Shown: piece by piece, positions 50,328 through 59,198 of the stretch
Layout: each line of letters opens with the position of its first letter
Numbering within the stretch: the stretch's first letter is position 1
Assembly (NCBI GenBank): GCA_013152715.1
Contig: JAADFU010000094.1
Span: 76,657 to 140,656 of the forward strand
Reading direction: 5' to 3'
From: Calditrichota bacterium
GTDB taxonomy: Bacteria > Zhuqueibacterota > Zhuqueibacteria > Thermofontimicrobiales > Thermofontimicrobiaceae
Length of the DNA stretch: 64,000 nucleotides
Program-made: the position numbers and the translations under genes
The notes under the pieces: model-generated
What the model saw: only the letters and a program-made list of their open reading frames with translations
Databases searched by the model: none
Told to the model about the DNA's origin: nothing

Positions 50328-50894
50328 TCATTCTCTATATTTTTTCAGTTTATCAGACAAAACTCGATCGGACGTAGTCAGTAAACCTTTGATTATTTCT
50401 AATTGAATAGCAAAAATTAACTTCACGGAATCATAATCTTTGATTTGACCAGCAATCAGCGAATTAATTGTCATAATGCCTATTCCCTGAAGTACTTCCT
50501 GTACTTGATAAACTTTCGAGATTTGGTCTGCCGTGTCGAAATCGATGAAAGAAAAAACTCCAATTGTCGTTGCTGTTTTGTAAGATGAAGAACTGAGCAG
50601 CGGCGGATTAAATCCCTGCCAGCCGGGTATTGCTTCTATTTTTGCTTCTTCGTGTTGCTGGGTCACGGTCAGGCTATCCAAAACGCTTATCATTTTCTTG
50701 TAATATTTCTGCTTATTTTGCAACTGCGCGCGATTTTGCTCGATTTCGGCAGCGATTTTGTGTAATGCAGATTGTGCTTTTGCCTTGTTATTGAAATTTT
50801 CCCGCCATTCATTAGCGACAAATCCCAAAATCACAGCGATGATGATGGAAAAAATTTCGATGAGCAGGGCATTGAGGGAGGTTTTTTTATTCAT
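50328..50894 (-). CDS. hypothetical N-terminally anchored protein
   Basis: Start refined to MNKKTSLNALLIEIFSIIIAVILGF (AGGAAA RBS); helical remainder without a motif. Confidence 0.5.
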   Translation of the reverse strand: MNKKTSLNALLIEIFSIIIAVILGFVANEWRENFNNKAKAQSALHKIAAEIEQNRAQLQNKQKYYKKMISVLDSLTVTQQHEEAKIEAIPGWQGFNPPLLSSSSYKTATTIGVFSFIDFDTADQISKVYQVQEVLQGIGIMTINSLIAGQIKDYDSVKLIFAIQLEIIKGLLTTSDRVLSDKLKKYRE

Positions 50895-51017
50895 TGGAAC
50901 AGTTTCCTGATTCATTCAGTCGGCAAATGCCGAAATTTGTTTTATTTAGGGGTAACTATTTTGTTTACAATAATATAAATGAAAGCGACTTCAATGTCAA
51001 GCAAAAAATCAGCGTAA

Positions 51018-53306
51018 TCAAAAAGAATATTTTTCTTTATTGAAAAAAATCCAGAAGAGCCCTGCTGTTAGATTCAATCCCACAAACAACAAACAACTCC
51101 AACCCACTCCCCAGAATGGCAACAAAATGATCGTAATGAAGATCGAGCCGACGACAGAGCCAATCAGGTCAAAAGCGTAAAGCGATCCGCCACTACGTTC
51201 GGGCGCCGAGCTTCTGTTCGAACTCAAAATTGCGCTCGCGAAAGGAAATTGATGCCCGGTGATAAAGCCGAGGCTGGAAATGAGTAAAAAGAAAATTATT
51301 TGAATGGCAATTTCCGGGAAAGTGATGCTGGAGAGAAATTGCAAAACCGCATACAGGAGCAGGGGATAAATGGCAAAAATGAATTGATAGCGCACAATCT
51401 GATTTGTCAGTGAATTCTCTGTATGGCGAAGTTTTCGCAGTGCGTACCAGCTTCCGGCTGCCAGTCCGATCATAAAACCGCTCATGATGAGCGCGATCTG
51501 GTAGTAGGCGTAGCCGTAAATTGCCTGAAAACCATTGATGATGATAATCTCCAGTGAAATTGAGGCACTGCCTACGATGAAAATAGTGAATTTTGCCAGT
51601 TTGGCTGGAGATTTTGCGCTGCTATTTTTCCCGATCAATGAAAGGGCAAATAGAGCAATTGCAAAAAAAATGATGAGAATCGAAAGCCATGTGATCGCTT
51701 TTTGTACAGTAATTGCTTTTCCGATTATCGGGCTGAAAAATCCGGAGAGCCAGAGATAGATGCTTTGGAAGTAGACGACAGGATGTAAATCTCGGTTAAT
51801 GACCGGTCTGGGCGCGTTCGCGATAGCGCTGCGGAGATAATTTAACCTCATTGGTGTGAGCCGAAATTTGATGTAGTAGTCGCGGATATATTTTGTCGGT
51901 AGGTGCCGCTGCGCTATTCTGTGGGACAATGAATCCGAATTTGTCGTGAGCATATTTTTTGTCTTGCTGGCGAGAAAATGCGTGGAATAGCCGGGAATAA
52001 ATTTGACATCGGCAAAAGTGGTGCGCAGCGTTTTCAGCAGAGAAGCCATGAGTTGCGCCTGTTCGTTCCCGATGACATCGCCGACCGGAACGGAGAAAGA
52101 AAGCACACCGTTTTCAGATAATTTTTTCGCGGCGAGCTGGTAAAATTCCTGTGTGAAATAGCGATTGAGCATGGTCGTTTGCGGCGGCGGAAGATTGATC
52201 AGAATGACGTCGTACTTTTGATTGGTTCGCCGGAGAAATTTTCTGCCGTCTTCGAAATGGATTTTCACTCGCGGATCACGCCGAAGATTCTCGGTTGCCG
52301 GCAAAAATTTTGTGCTCACTTGAAATGACTCCGGATCGAGCAGCAGAAAATCGACTCGTTGGATGCTCGGATGAAATAATATCTGCGGAATTAAGCCTGC
52401 CCAGTTGCCGCTGATGACAAGAATATTTTTCGGCTGGGGATGTTCCAGCAGTGCAAAATGCACAATTTCTTCGTCGTTCAACTCGTCCGGATGCGAGTAA
52501 ATTAACACGCCATTTTCGTAATAGCTCACTGTTCCGCCAAATTCCGTAAATGCGATGTTACCGTAAATGGTGGTGCGCGAGTCAAGTACTTTTAAATCGC
52601 CCCATTTTTTTAATTGGGCGTGGGAATAAAGGTCAGGAAAAAATAGCGAAGCGAACAACGCGCTGATTAAAATGAGTATCAGAGTAACGAAATTATTATC
52701 GCGAAGGACGAAACTATTGAGCAATAAAACAATGGCAAAATTAATTAACGAGATGATGAGGGCGATATCTCGATTTTCCAGATAGCGGAACAGAAAAATG
52801 CTGGCAACGAAAGCAGCGACGCCGGATCCAATGCCTTCCAGCAAATAAACTCTCCCCGGGACTTCATGTATCCGCGAATTAGCATCCGCCAATATTTTGC
52901 ACGCCAAAGCGTAAAGGAATCCGCTTAACAGACATATCGGCGGGAGCAGCACAGCGGGTGTGAGAAAAATGAGTCCGGGCGGCAGGCCTTCGCCCATGGG
53001 AATATTGAGTAAATTGCGCACCGACGAGATGGCAAGCATGACGAGCAAAATCAGCCACGCCAGCGCGAACAGCATCCATCTGAATAAATTGATTGGACTT
53101 TTGCTGCGGGACGCGACGGGACTCAAGGCGCCGGCGCCAATGGCATTGAACAGCAGCCACATCGCCAACACAATGCCAATGGTTAACTCGTTGCCGACGA
53201 ACAAGCTCAAAAATTCCCGCAGCAGCACAATTTGCGTCATCATGGCGGTAAACCCCATGGCAACAAAGCTGATTTGCAGAAAGGTAATTTTTTTTGGCTG
53301 ATTCAA
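51018..53306 (-). CDS. fused polytopic membrane domain / spermidine-synthase-like (aminopropyltransferase-fold) protein
   Basis: 762 aa. About 8 N-terminal and 8 C-terminal TM helices flank a central spermidine-synthase-like domain (KNILVISGNWAGLI ... DVILINLPPP ... GVLSF). Confidence 0.8.
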   Translation of the reverse strand: MNQPKKITFLQISFVAMGFTAMMTQIVLLREFLSLFVGNELTIGIVLAMWLLFNAIGAGALSPVASRSKSPINLFRWMLFALAWLILLVMLAISSVRNLLNIPMGEGLPPGLIFLTPAVLLPPICLLSGFLYALACKILADANSRIHEVPGRVYLLEGIGSGVAAFVASIFLFRYLENRDIALIISLINFAIVLLLNSFVLRDNNFVTLILILISALFASLFFPDLYSHAQLKKWGDLKVLDSRTTIYGNIAFTEFGGTVSYYENGVLIYSHPDELNDEEIVHFALLEHPQPKNILVISGNWAGLIPQILFHPSIQRVDFLLLDPESFQVSTKFLPATENLRRDPRVKIHFEDGRKFLRRTNQKYDVILINLPPPQTTMLNRYFTQEFYQLAAKKLSENGVLSFSVPVGDVIGNEQAQLMASLLKTLRTTFADVKFIPGYSTHFLASKTKNMLTTNSDSLSHRIAQRHLPTKYIRDYYIKFRLTPMRLNYLRSAIANAPRPVINRDLHPVVYFQSIYLWLSGFFSPIIGKAITVQKAITWLSILIIFFAIALFALSLIGKNSSAKSPAKLAKFTIFIVGSASISLEIIIINGFQAIYGYAYYQIALIMSGFMIGLAAGSWYALRKLRHTENSLTNQIVRYQFIFAIYPLLLYAVLQFLSSITFPEIAIQIIFFLLISSLGFITGHQFPFASAILSSNRSSAPERSGGSLYAFDLIGSVVGSIFITIILLPFWGVGWSCLLFVGLNLTAGLFWIFFNKEKYSF

Positions 53307-53453
53307 TGGCGCCTCTCGAAGTCAATGACTTTCTTTTTAGAAAAGTAATCATTCTCAAACAAAAAATCAAGAAATTAGTGAATTTTTTGATTGACTTTAA
53401 TTATTTAATTTTTAAATTTATAGTTCATAAAATTGACAATACGAGGGATGAAA

Positions 53454-54131
53454 ATGTTTTTCCGCCAATCAAACATCAGAACACAAATCATATTTTTATT
53501 AATTATTCTTGCCGTTGTCATTGTTCTTATTATTGCCTCCAGGACTGGCATTTTCAAAATGAGCGTGCCTTTGCGTTTCATGCCGCATTTTGAGGGAAAA
53601 GAAACTATCGTCGGCAACGTCTATTACAACCGAATCTATTTGTTCGGCATTTCCCGGCCGAGTACGCGCTGGCGCATTGCTATGGAAAGAAATATCAAAC
53701 AAGCGCCTGAATTTGGATTCCACACGGAAACATTGGATAAAGCGCATTGGGTGGCGGAACTGCTCCGTTATTCCGGGGATGAAATTTGGGGAGAGGTACT
53801 CGTTGCAGCGCTGCCGTCGGATACATCGAAAACACCGGTCTGGTGGGCGCAGAAATTTTTGGGCGAGATTACGGCTTTGTACTCTCCGCTCGATTCTCTG
53901 GTCATAACGCAGAATGTTACCGCGCGCGGCACTGGCGTTTTTCAGAGCGCCTATTTTATGGTGGAATTACCCGAGCGAAAAAATATTACCTATCCGGCGT
54001 TGGTGGCTTTTTTCCGTGCCCGAGGAGATGTCGCATTGGCGGTTATCTGTCGGGCGAAATTTGAAACGTACGATCTGGTCAAAGCTGATTTTGAAAAAAT
54101 TTTGGCGAGTTTTGAATGGTTTCAGGAGTAA
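53454..54131 (+). CDS. hypothetical signal-anchored protein
   Basis: Start refined to the ATG at 53454 (GAGGG RBS; MFFRQSNIRTQIIFLLIILAVVIVLII); divergent from the aminopropyltransferase-like gene. Confidence 0.5.
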   Translation: MFFRQSNIRTQIIFLLIILAVVIVLIIASRTGIFKMSVPLRFMPHFEGKETIVGNVYYNRIYLFGISRPSTRWRIAMERNIKQAPEFGFHTETLDKAHWVAELLRYSGDEIWGEVLVAALPSDTSKTPVWWAQKFLGEITALYSPLDSLVITQNVTARGTGVFQSAYFMVELPERKNITYPALVAFFRARGDVALAVICRAKFETYDLVKADFEKILASFEWFQE

Positions 54132-54277
54132 GGCAGTTTCGAGTTTTTCCTTGGGAAAAAACCGCCCTTTCTCATCAAAATTAAATGCGAACGCACGAAA
54201 TCCTTTATACCAATCATTAGAATTTAGTTTGTTGCAGACCGGAAATGATGCGGCGTTATATTTAAATCAGGCGAAAA

Positions 54278-55216
54278 ATGGACCAACCACAAATTTTTCT
54301 GTCATCCTGGGCAATTAAAAAATCGATTGAAAATGGAGAGAAGCGCGTCCTGGATTTGCCGGCGTTGGCGAAGGAAAATGATTTTCAGGGCGTGGAGATC
54401 ATCGACCGCCATTTACCTGATCTCGCTCGTGGGACTTTGCAGCATCTCAAAAACGCAATTGTCGAAACCGGGATCGGCGTGACATTGGGCATCTCTACGG
54501 ATTTCACTTCAGACGTGGAGTTTGAATTGGAGGCGCAAATTCAGTACACGAAAAAAATGCTGGAAATCGCGGAATTTTTTGAAGCACGGTCGCTGCGTAT
54601 TTTACTTGGCGGAAATGAATTTTTTTTCCAAAAATGGATGAGGTCGAAGAAGGTTGATCGGCAAAGTTCCCAGCTAACGGAAATTAAAAAGAAAAAAAAA
54701 TTGACAAATTGGTTGCAGAAGATCGGAATTTTTCATATTTTACATAAGCTGACAATTCAAGCAAAAAGACCGCGTCCGTTGAAAGAGCAAGTGAAACGCC
54801 GGGTGCTGCGTGCGTTAGACCAAATTGTGCCGCTTGCTGAGAACAGAAAAATTCCCCTTGCCATTGAAAATCACTGGGGTATCACAACCTTGCCGGAAAA
54901 CATTTTATTCTTTGTGAATCATTATCATTCAAGTTTCCTCGGCACATGTCCTGATTTGGGAAATTTTTCGCACTGGCAAAACAGGTACAGTGAAATCGAA
55001 AAATTGTTACCTCATGCAAAAGAAATTCACGCCAAGACTTACGCTTTCGATGGCTCGGGAAATGAGAAAACGATTGATTACGGACGAATGATTTCTCTGG
55101 TTCGTGAGGCGCGATTTTCCGGGATGATAGTTATTGAATACGAAGGCAGCGGCGATCAATTGGAAAATAGTCTGCATTCCAGAGATTTGGTTTTGAAAAA
55201 TTGGAATCAAAGTTGA
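54278..55216 (+). CDS. sugar-phosphate isomerase/epimerase (xylose-isomerase-like TIM barrel) with a Lys-rich insertion
   Basis: TIM-barrel pattern (GVEI..., LAIENH, EYEG) with a ~60-aa basic insertion (EIKKKKKLTNWLQK...). Confidence 0.65.
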   Translation: MDQPQIFLSSWAIKKSIENGEKRVLDLPALAKENDFQGVEIIDRHLPDLARGTLQHLKNAIVETGIGVTLGISTDFTSDVEFELEAQIQYTKKMLEIAEFFEARSLRILLGGNEFFFQKWMRSKKVDRQSSQLTEIKKKKKLTNWLQKIGIFHILHKLTIQAKRPRPLKEQVKRRVLRALDQIVPLAENRKIPLAIENHWGITTLPENILFFVNHYHSSFLGTCPDLGNFSHWQNRYSEIEKLLPHAKEIHAKTYAFDGSGNEKTIDYGRMISLVREARFSGMIVIEYEGSGDQLENSLHSRDLVLKNWNQS

Positions 55217-55392
55217 TGCGAAAAAAAGTTTGCTCTGCGAGTCGGGAACTCATTTCGCTTTTTTGAATTGAATAGATAACAGCATTTCAAAGAAAATTAC
55301 CGGAAACTGTGATTGCTACCCTGCCAGCGCGCTGAGCGAGAAATTTTTACTCATTCGGTTGAGGAGGCACGGGAAAAAAGAGGGGCGTTAAA

Positions 55393-56223
55393 TTGATTCG
55401 ACTGGCTGTCGTTTCGGATGAAATCTCGCGGGATTTTGCCGTTGCGGTGAAGGTTGGTACTGAATGGGGAATTCGTGATTTTGAGTTGCGTTATTTGAAA
55501 TCGGGCCGAGTGCCATTTGTGTCCAGGGAAGAGGTGGACACAGTATTGCATTTCAAAGAAATGTACGGCGCGCGAATATCGGCGCTTTCGCCCGGCTTGT
55601 TTCAAATTTCTTTGCGCGATGAAGCTGAATTGAAGCAGCAGCTTGAGGAAAATATTTACGAAACTTTTCGGCTGGCGGATCGGCTGGAAACCAAACGCGT
55701 GATCATTTTCGGTTTCAAAAAATATCCGCGCGAGCCTGAAACCAACTACATTCAGATCATTCACATTTTGTCGCGGATGGCGTCGCTGGCGCAAAAATAT
55801 GGTTTTACGCTGTTGCTGGAGAATTTAGCGGATACTTGGGCCGACACCGGTGAAAATACGGCGAAAATTCTCAACGACGTCAATTCCGGGAGTCTGCGCG
55901 CCAATTGGGATTTGGCGAATGCTTACATGTCCGGAGAAATTCCTTACCCCTACGGTTATCTAGCAATTCGCCGCCATCTTTCGGCGATTCATGTCAAAGA
56001 TGTCAAAGAGAACAAAAGTGCAAAATTCGAATTTGCCGTTGTCGGCGACGGCGAGATCGATTGGGACGGGCAAATTCGCGCCATCGTATCCAGTCAGGAG
56101 ACGGATTTTCTCACGATTGAAACGCATTGTCAGCCAATACCGGAAAATTCCCGCCTGAATGTGATGAAGATGAAAAATTTGATAGAAAAATATCAATTGG
56201 ACGAGAATTATATCGTAAAATGA
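55393..56223 (+). CDS. sugar-phosphate isomerase/epimerase (xylose-isomerase-like TIM barrel)
   Basis: TTG start after GAGGGG; LLLENLAD, AIHVKD, TIETHC metal-ligand-like positions. Confidence 0.75.
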   Translation: MIRLAVVSDEISRDFAVAVKVGTEWGIRDFELRYLKSGRVPFVSREEVDTVLHFKEMYGARISALSPGLFQISLRDEAELKQQLEENIYETFRLADRLETKRVIIFGFKKYPREPETNYIQIIHILSRMASLAQKYGFTLLLENLADTWADTGENTAKILNDVNSGSLRANWDLANAYMSGEIPYPYGYLAIRRHLSAIHVKDVKENKSAKFEFAVVGDGEIDWDGQIRAIVSSQETDFLTIETHCQPIPENSRLNVMKMKNLIEKYQLDENYIVK

Positions 56224-56383
56224 ACCCTGGCGCATTTTTTGCTGAAAAAGATTCTTATTTGTTATGACAAAGCAATAGAGAAGTACAAATGCAGTCACTG
56301 TTTTCGAACTTTTCAATTGAGGATTTCAGTTTAATAAAACTAATGAAATACGACGTGAAAATGAACAGATCAGGAGAAATGAA

Positions 56384-57610
56384 ATGGCAAAATTAGCGAT
56401 TAATGGCGGTGATCCGCTACGGAAAAAACCCTTTCCGAAATGGCCTGTGAGAGATGAGAATGAGATCAAGAACTTGAGAGAAGTAGTTGAGAGTGGAAAG
56501 TGGGGAGCTTTGCACGGCGACAAAGTCAAAACTTTCAGCGAAAAATATGCCGCATTTCATAATGCCAAGCACGGAATTTGCGTCAACAGCGGCACCACGG
56601 CGCTGAAAATTGCGTTGTCTGCAGTCGGAATTGGTCAGGGCGATGAAGTTATTTTACCGGCGTACACTTTTATTGCCACGGCGACAGCAATTCTGGACGC
56701 TGGCGCGATTCCCGTTTTTGTCGATATTGATCCCGACACTTACAACATCGACGTGGATAAAATTGAAGAGGCGATCACTGATCGGACGCGTGGCATTATG
56801 CCGGTGCATTTCGGCGGACGCGCCTGCGACATGGACAAAATTAATGCCATCGCCAAAAAACATGATCTGCGGGTGGTTGAAGACGCCGCGCAAGCCTGGG
56901 GTTCGGAGTGGAATGGCAAAAGAGTCGGCGCTTTGGGCGACGCCGGCGGTTTTAGTTTTCAATCTTCCAAAAACATCACGGCTGGCGAGGGTGGGATTAT
57001 CCTCACTAACGACGATGAAATTGCCATGTTCGCTAAGTCGTACATGAATTGCGGCCGGCTGGAAAATGGCATTTGGTACGAGCATTACTACCTGGGCGGA
57101 AATTTTCGCATGACTGAGTTCCAGGGCGCGGTGCTGCTGGCTCAATTCGATCGTTACTGGGAAATGAAGCAGAAACGCGAACAGAACGCCAAATATTTGC
57201 TGGAGAAAATGGCGCAAATCAAAGGAGTCGAAACGCTGGCAGAGGATTCGAGAATAACCAGCAATTCCTATCACCTGTTCATCTTTCGTTACAAAAAAGA
57301 ATATTTCGGCGATGTGCCCAAATCAAAATTCATCGATGCCATGCGCAAAGAAGGATTTATCATCAGCGCTGGCTACTCGATTCCTCTTTACACGCAACCT
57401 TTAATGAAAAATCAGGCATTCGGTCCCCGCGGCAAAAGAGTAGATGTCGGAGTCGATTACACTCAATACAAATTGCCGGAAACTGAAAAAGCTTGTTACG
57501 AAGAGGCTCTCTGGCTGCCGCAATATGTACTGTTCGGTGAAAAAGAGGACATGGATGATATCCTCGACGGCATTTTGAAAATCAAAGAAAATATCGATGA
57601 ACTCAAATAG
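56384..57610 (+). CDS. DegT/DnrJ/EryC1/StrS-family PLP-dependent aminotransferase
   Basis: NSGTTALKIAL, PxHFGG, SFQSSKNITAGEGG (PLP-lysine) motifs; 408 aa. Confidence 0.85.
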   Translation: MAKLAINGGDPLRKKPFPKWPVRDENEIKNLREVVESGKWGALHGDKVKTFSEKYAAFHNAKHGICVNSGTTALKIALSAVGIGQGDEVILPAYTFIATATAILDAGAIPVFVDIDPDTYNIDVDKIEEAITDRTRGIMPVHFGGRACDMDKINAIAKKHDLRVVEDAAQAWGSEWNGKRVGALGDAGGFSFQSSKNITAGEGGIILTNDDEIAMFAKSYMNCGRLENGIWYEHYYLGGNFRMTEFQGAVLLAQFDRYWEMKQKREQNAKYLLEKMAQIKGVETLAEDSRITSNSYHLFIFRYKKEYFGDVPKSKFIDAMRKEGFIISAGYSIPLYTQPLMKNQAFGPRGKRVDVGVDYTQYKLPETEKACYEEALWLPQYVLFGEKEDMDDILDGILKIKENIDELK

Positions 57611-57646
57611 CGATTCACATTTTTTTCCATTTTTTGAAAAAATATC

Positions 57647-57675
57647 TTGACAACTGTCTTTGAATTGTTTATATT
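57647..57675 (+). promoter_or_regulatory. promoter of the aro/tyr operon leader (TTGACA-17-TATATT)
   Basis: TTGACA 57647-57652, 17-nt spacer, TATATT 57670-57675. Confidence 0.5.
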
Positions 57676-57723
57676 AAACAAAAATATTCAGCAATCAGGT
57701 AACTGACAAATCAGGAAATTTTG

Positions 57724-57828
57724 ATGAAACAATTTATTCCCACAACTGTCTTTGGCGTTTATTTTAGCTTTTATTATTATTTTTATTATTTCCGTAAAGA
57801 TAGTGGGTGGGAATCGTTTGTGCATTGA
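57724..57828 (+). CDS. aromatic-amino-acid attenuator leader peptide (34 aa, Tyr/Phe codon run)
   Basis: AGGAAA RBS; MKQFIPTTVFGVYFSFYYYFYYFRKDSGWESFVH* carries 7 Tyr, 7 Phe and 1 Trp, with 10 aromatics within 11 consecutive codons; verified codon by codon. Confidence 0.7.
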   Translation: MKQFIPTTVFGVYFSFYYYFYYFRKDSGWESFVH

Positions 57829-57850
57829 ACAATCAGAATTTTTAAATCAA

Positions 57851-57888
57851 ACCCGCTATCAAAACAAGGTAGCGGGTTTTTTGTTTTT
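57851..57888 (+). terminator. attenuator terminator immediately upstream of the chorismate mutase RBS
   Basis: acccgcta / tagcgggt 8-bp GC-rich stem, 11-nt loop, then tttttgttttt, abutting AGGAGG and the GTG at 57900. The upstream segment gatagtgggt (57799-57808) can alternatively pair with acccgctatc (57851-57860) as an antiterminator. Confidence 0.75.
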
Positions 57889-57899
57889 AGGAGGTTCAC

Positions 57900-58157
57900 G
57901 TGAGGGAATTGGAGAATTTGCGCGCCCGCATTGACAAGATTGACGGGCAGATTGTTTCTTTGTTGAATCAAAGAGCAGAAATAGCAAAACGCCTTGGCAA
58001 AATGAAAAAATTGAGCGGAAAAGAGATCTTCGACGCGAGCAGAGAAAAGATCGTTTTTGACAGGATTAAGTTGTTGAATGAAGGTCCGCTCAGTGAAAAA
58101 TCTCTGGAAAAAATTTATCAGACAATTATCCGGCAATGTCGTGAAATTCAAAAATAA
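57900..58157 (+). CDS. chorismate mutase (AroQ class, CM_2)
   Basis: 85-aa all-helical protein with RARIDKIDGQIVSLLNQRAEIAKRLGKMK matching the AroQ active-site region; GTG start after AGGAGG. Confidence 0.85.
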   Translation: MRELENLRARIDKIDGQIVSLLNQRAEIAKRLGKMKKLSGKEIFDASREKIVFDRIKLLNEGPLSEKSLEKIYQTIIRQCREIQK

Positions 58158-58172
58158 AACAGGGAGACAGAA

Positions 58173-59189
58173 ATGGTGGTAATCATGGAAGATCAGGCGA
58201 CCGAAGAAGAAATTCTCGTTGTAGAGACCAAGATTAAATCTCTGGGCTACGACGTGCACCGATCCGATGGCGCTGAGCGGACAGTCATCGGAGCTGTTGG
58301 CGAACGAAGAGATATTGACCGCAGGAATCTGGAGCTTTTGGCTGGAGTTCGAGAAGTCATTTCCATTACAAAATCTTACAAATTGGCCAGTCGAGAGTTC
58401 AAGCAAGAAGACACCATCGTCCCGTGTTGCGGCGCGCAAATTGGCGGCAACAACGTCGTTATGATGGCAGGGCCGTGCGCCGTGGAAAGCAGAGAGCAAA
58501 TTTCAGAGATTGCAGAGATTTTGCATGGCAGCGACGTGAAAGTGTTGCGCGGCGGCGCTTTTAAACCGCGGACTTCGCCCTACTCGTTTCAAGGTCTGGG
58601 AGAAGACGGACTAAAATTCCTTCGCGAAGCTGGCGATAAGTTTGGCATGGGGGTAATTTCCGAAGTTCTCGACGTCAGCCAAATCGAGATGATGGAAAAT
58701 TATGTGGATATTTTTCAGGTCGGTGCGAGAAATATGCAGAATTTTTGGTTGCTGAAACAATTGGGAAAAACGAAAAAGCCGGTACTTCTCAAACGCGGCA
58801 TGTCGGCGACGGTTGAGGAATTGCTCATGGCTGCGGAATACATTATGTCTAGCGGAAATTACAAAGTGATTCTTTGCGAGCGCGGAATTCGCACGTTTGA
58901 AAACTCCACGCGGAATACGCTGGATTTGTCCGCTATCCCGGTGATTCAAAAATTGAGCCATCTGCCTATTATTGTTGATCCGAGTCACGGAACCGGCCGT
59001 CGCGATAAAGTTGCTCCCATGGCGCGGGCTGCCGTGGCTGCCGGCGCGCAGGGATTGATTATCGAAGTGCACAATCACCCGGAAAATGCGTTGTCCGACG
59101 GCGCGCAGTCATTGTATCCCGAGCAGTTCGAAAAATTAATGGGAGAAATTAAAACCATCGCTTCTGCGGTTCATCGAAAAGTAGTGTAG
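58173..59189 (+). CDS. aroF: 3-deoxy-7-phosphoheptulonate (DAHP) synthase, type I-beta with N-terminal regulatory domain
   Basis: N-terminal ~70-aa ferredoxin-like extension, then KDO8PS/DAHPS I-beta barrel (MAGPCAVES, KPRTSP, GARNMQN, DPSH). Confidence 0.9.
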   Translation: MVVIMEDQATEEEILVVETKIKSLGYDVHRSDGAERTVIGAVGERRDIDRRNLELLAGVREVISITKSYKLASREFKQEDTIVPCCGAQIGGNNVVMMAGPCAVESREQISEIAEILHGSDVKVLRGGAFKPRTSPYSFQGLGEDGLKFLREAGDKFGMGVISEVLDVSQIEMMENYVDIFQVGARNMQNFWLLKQLGKTKKPVLLKRGMSATVEELLMAAEYIMSSGNYKVILCERGIRTFENSTRNTLDLSAIPVIQKLSHLPIIVDPSHGTGRRDKVAPMARAAVAAGAQGLIIEVHNHPENALSDGAQSLYPEQFEKLMGEIKTIASAVHRKVV

Positions 59190-59198
59190 GAAAAAAAC

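Noticed and set aside
57752-57934. 60-aa ORF in the track (MAFILAFIIIFIIS...) spanning the leader region and the attenuator terminator
   Set aside because: It starts at a TTG in a different frame from the RBS-preceded 34-codon leader, reads through the terminator hairpin and the T-tract, and ends inside the chorismate mutase gene. It is an artefact of the Tyr/Phe-codon-rich, T-rich sequence.
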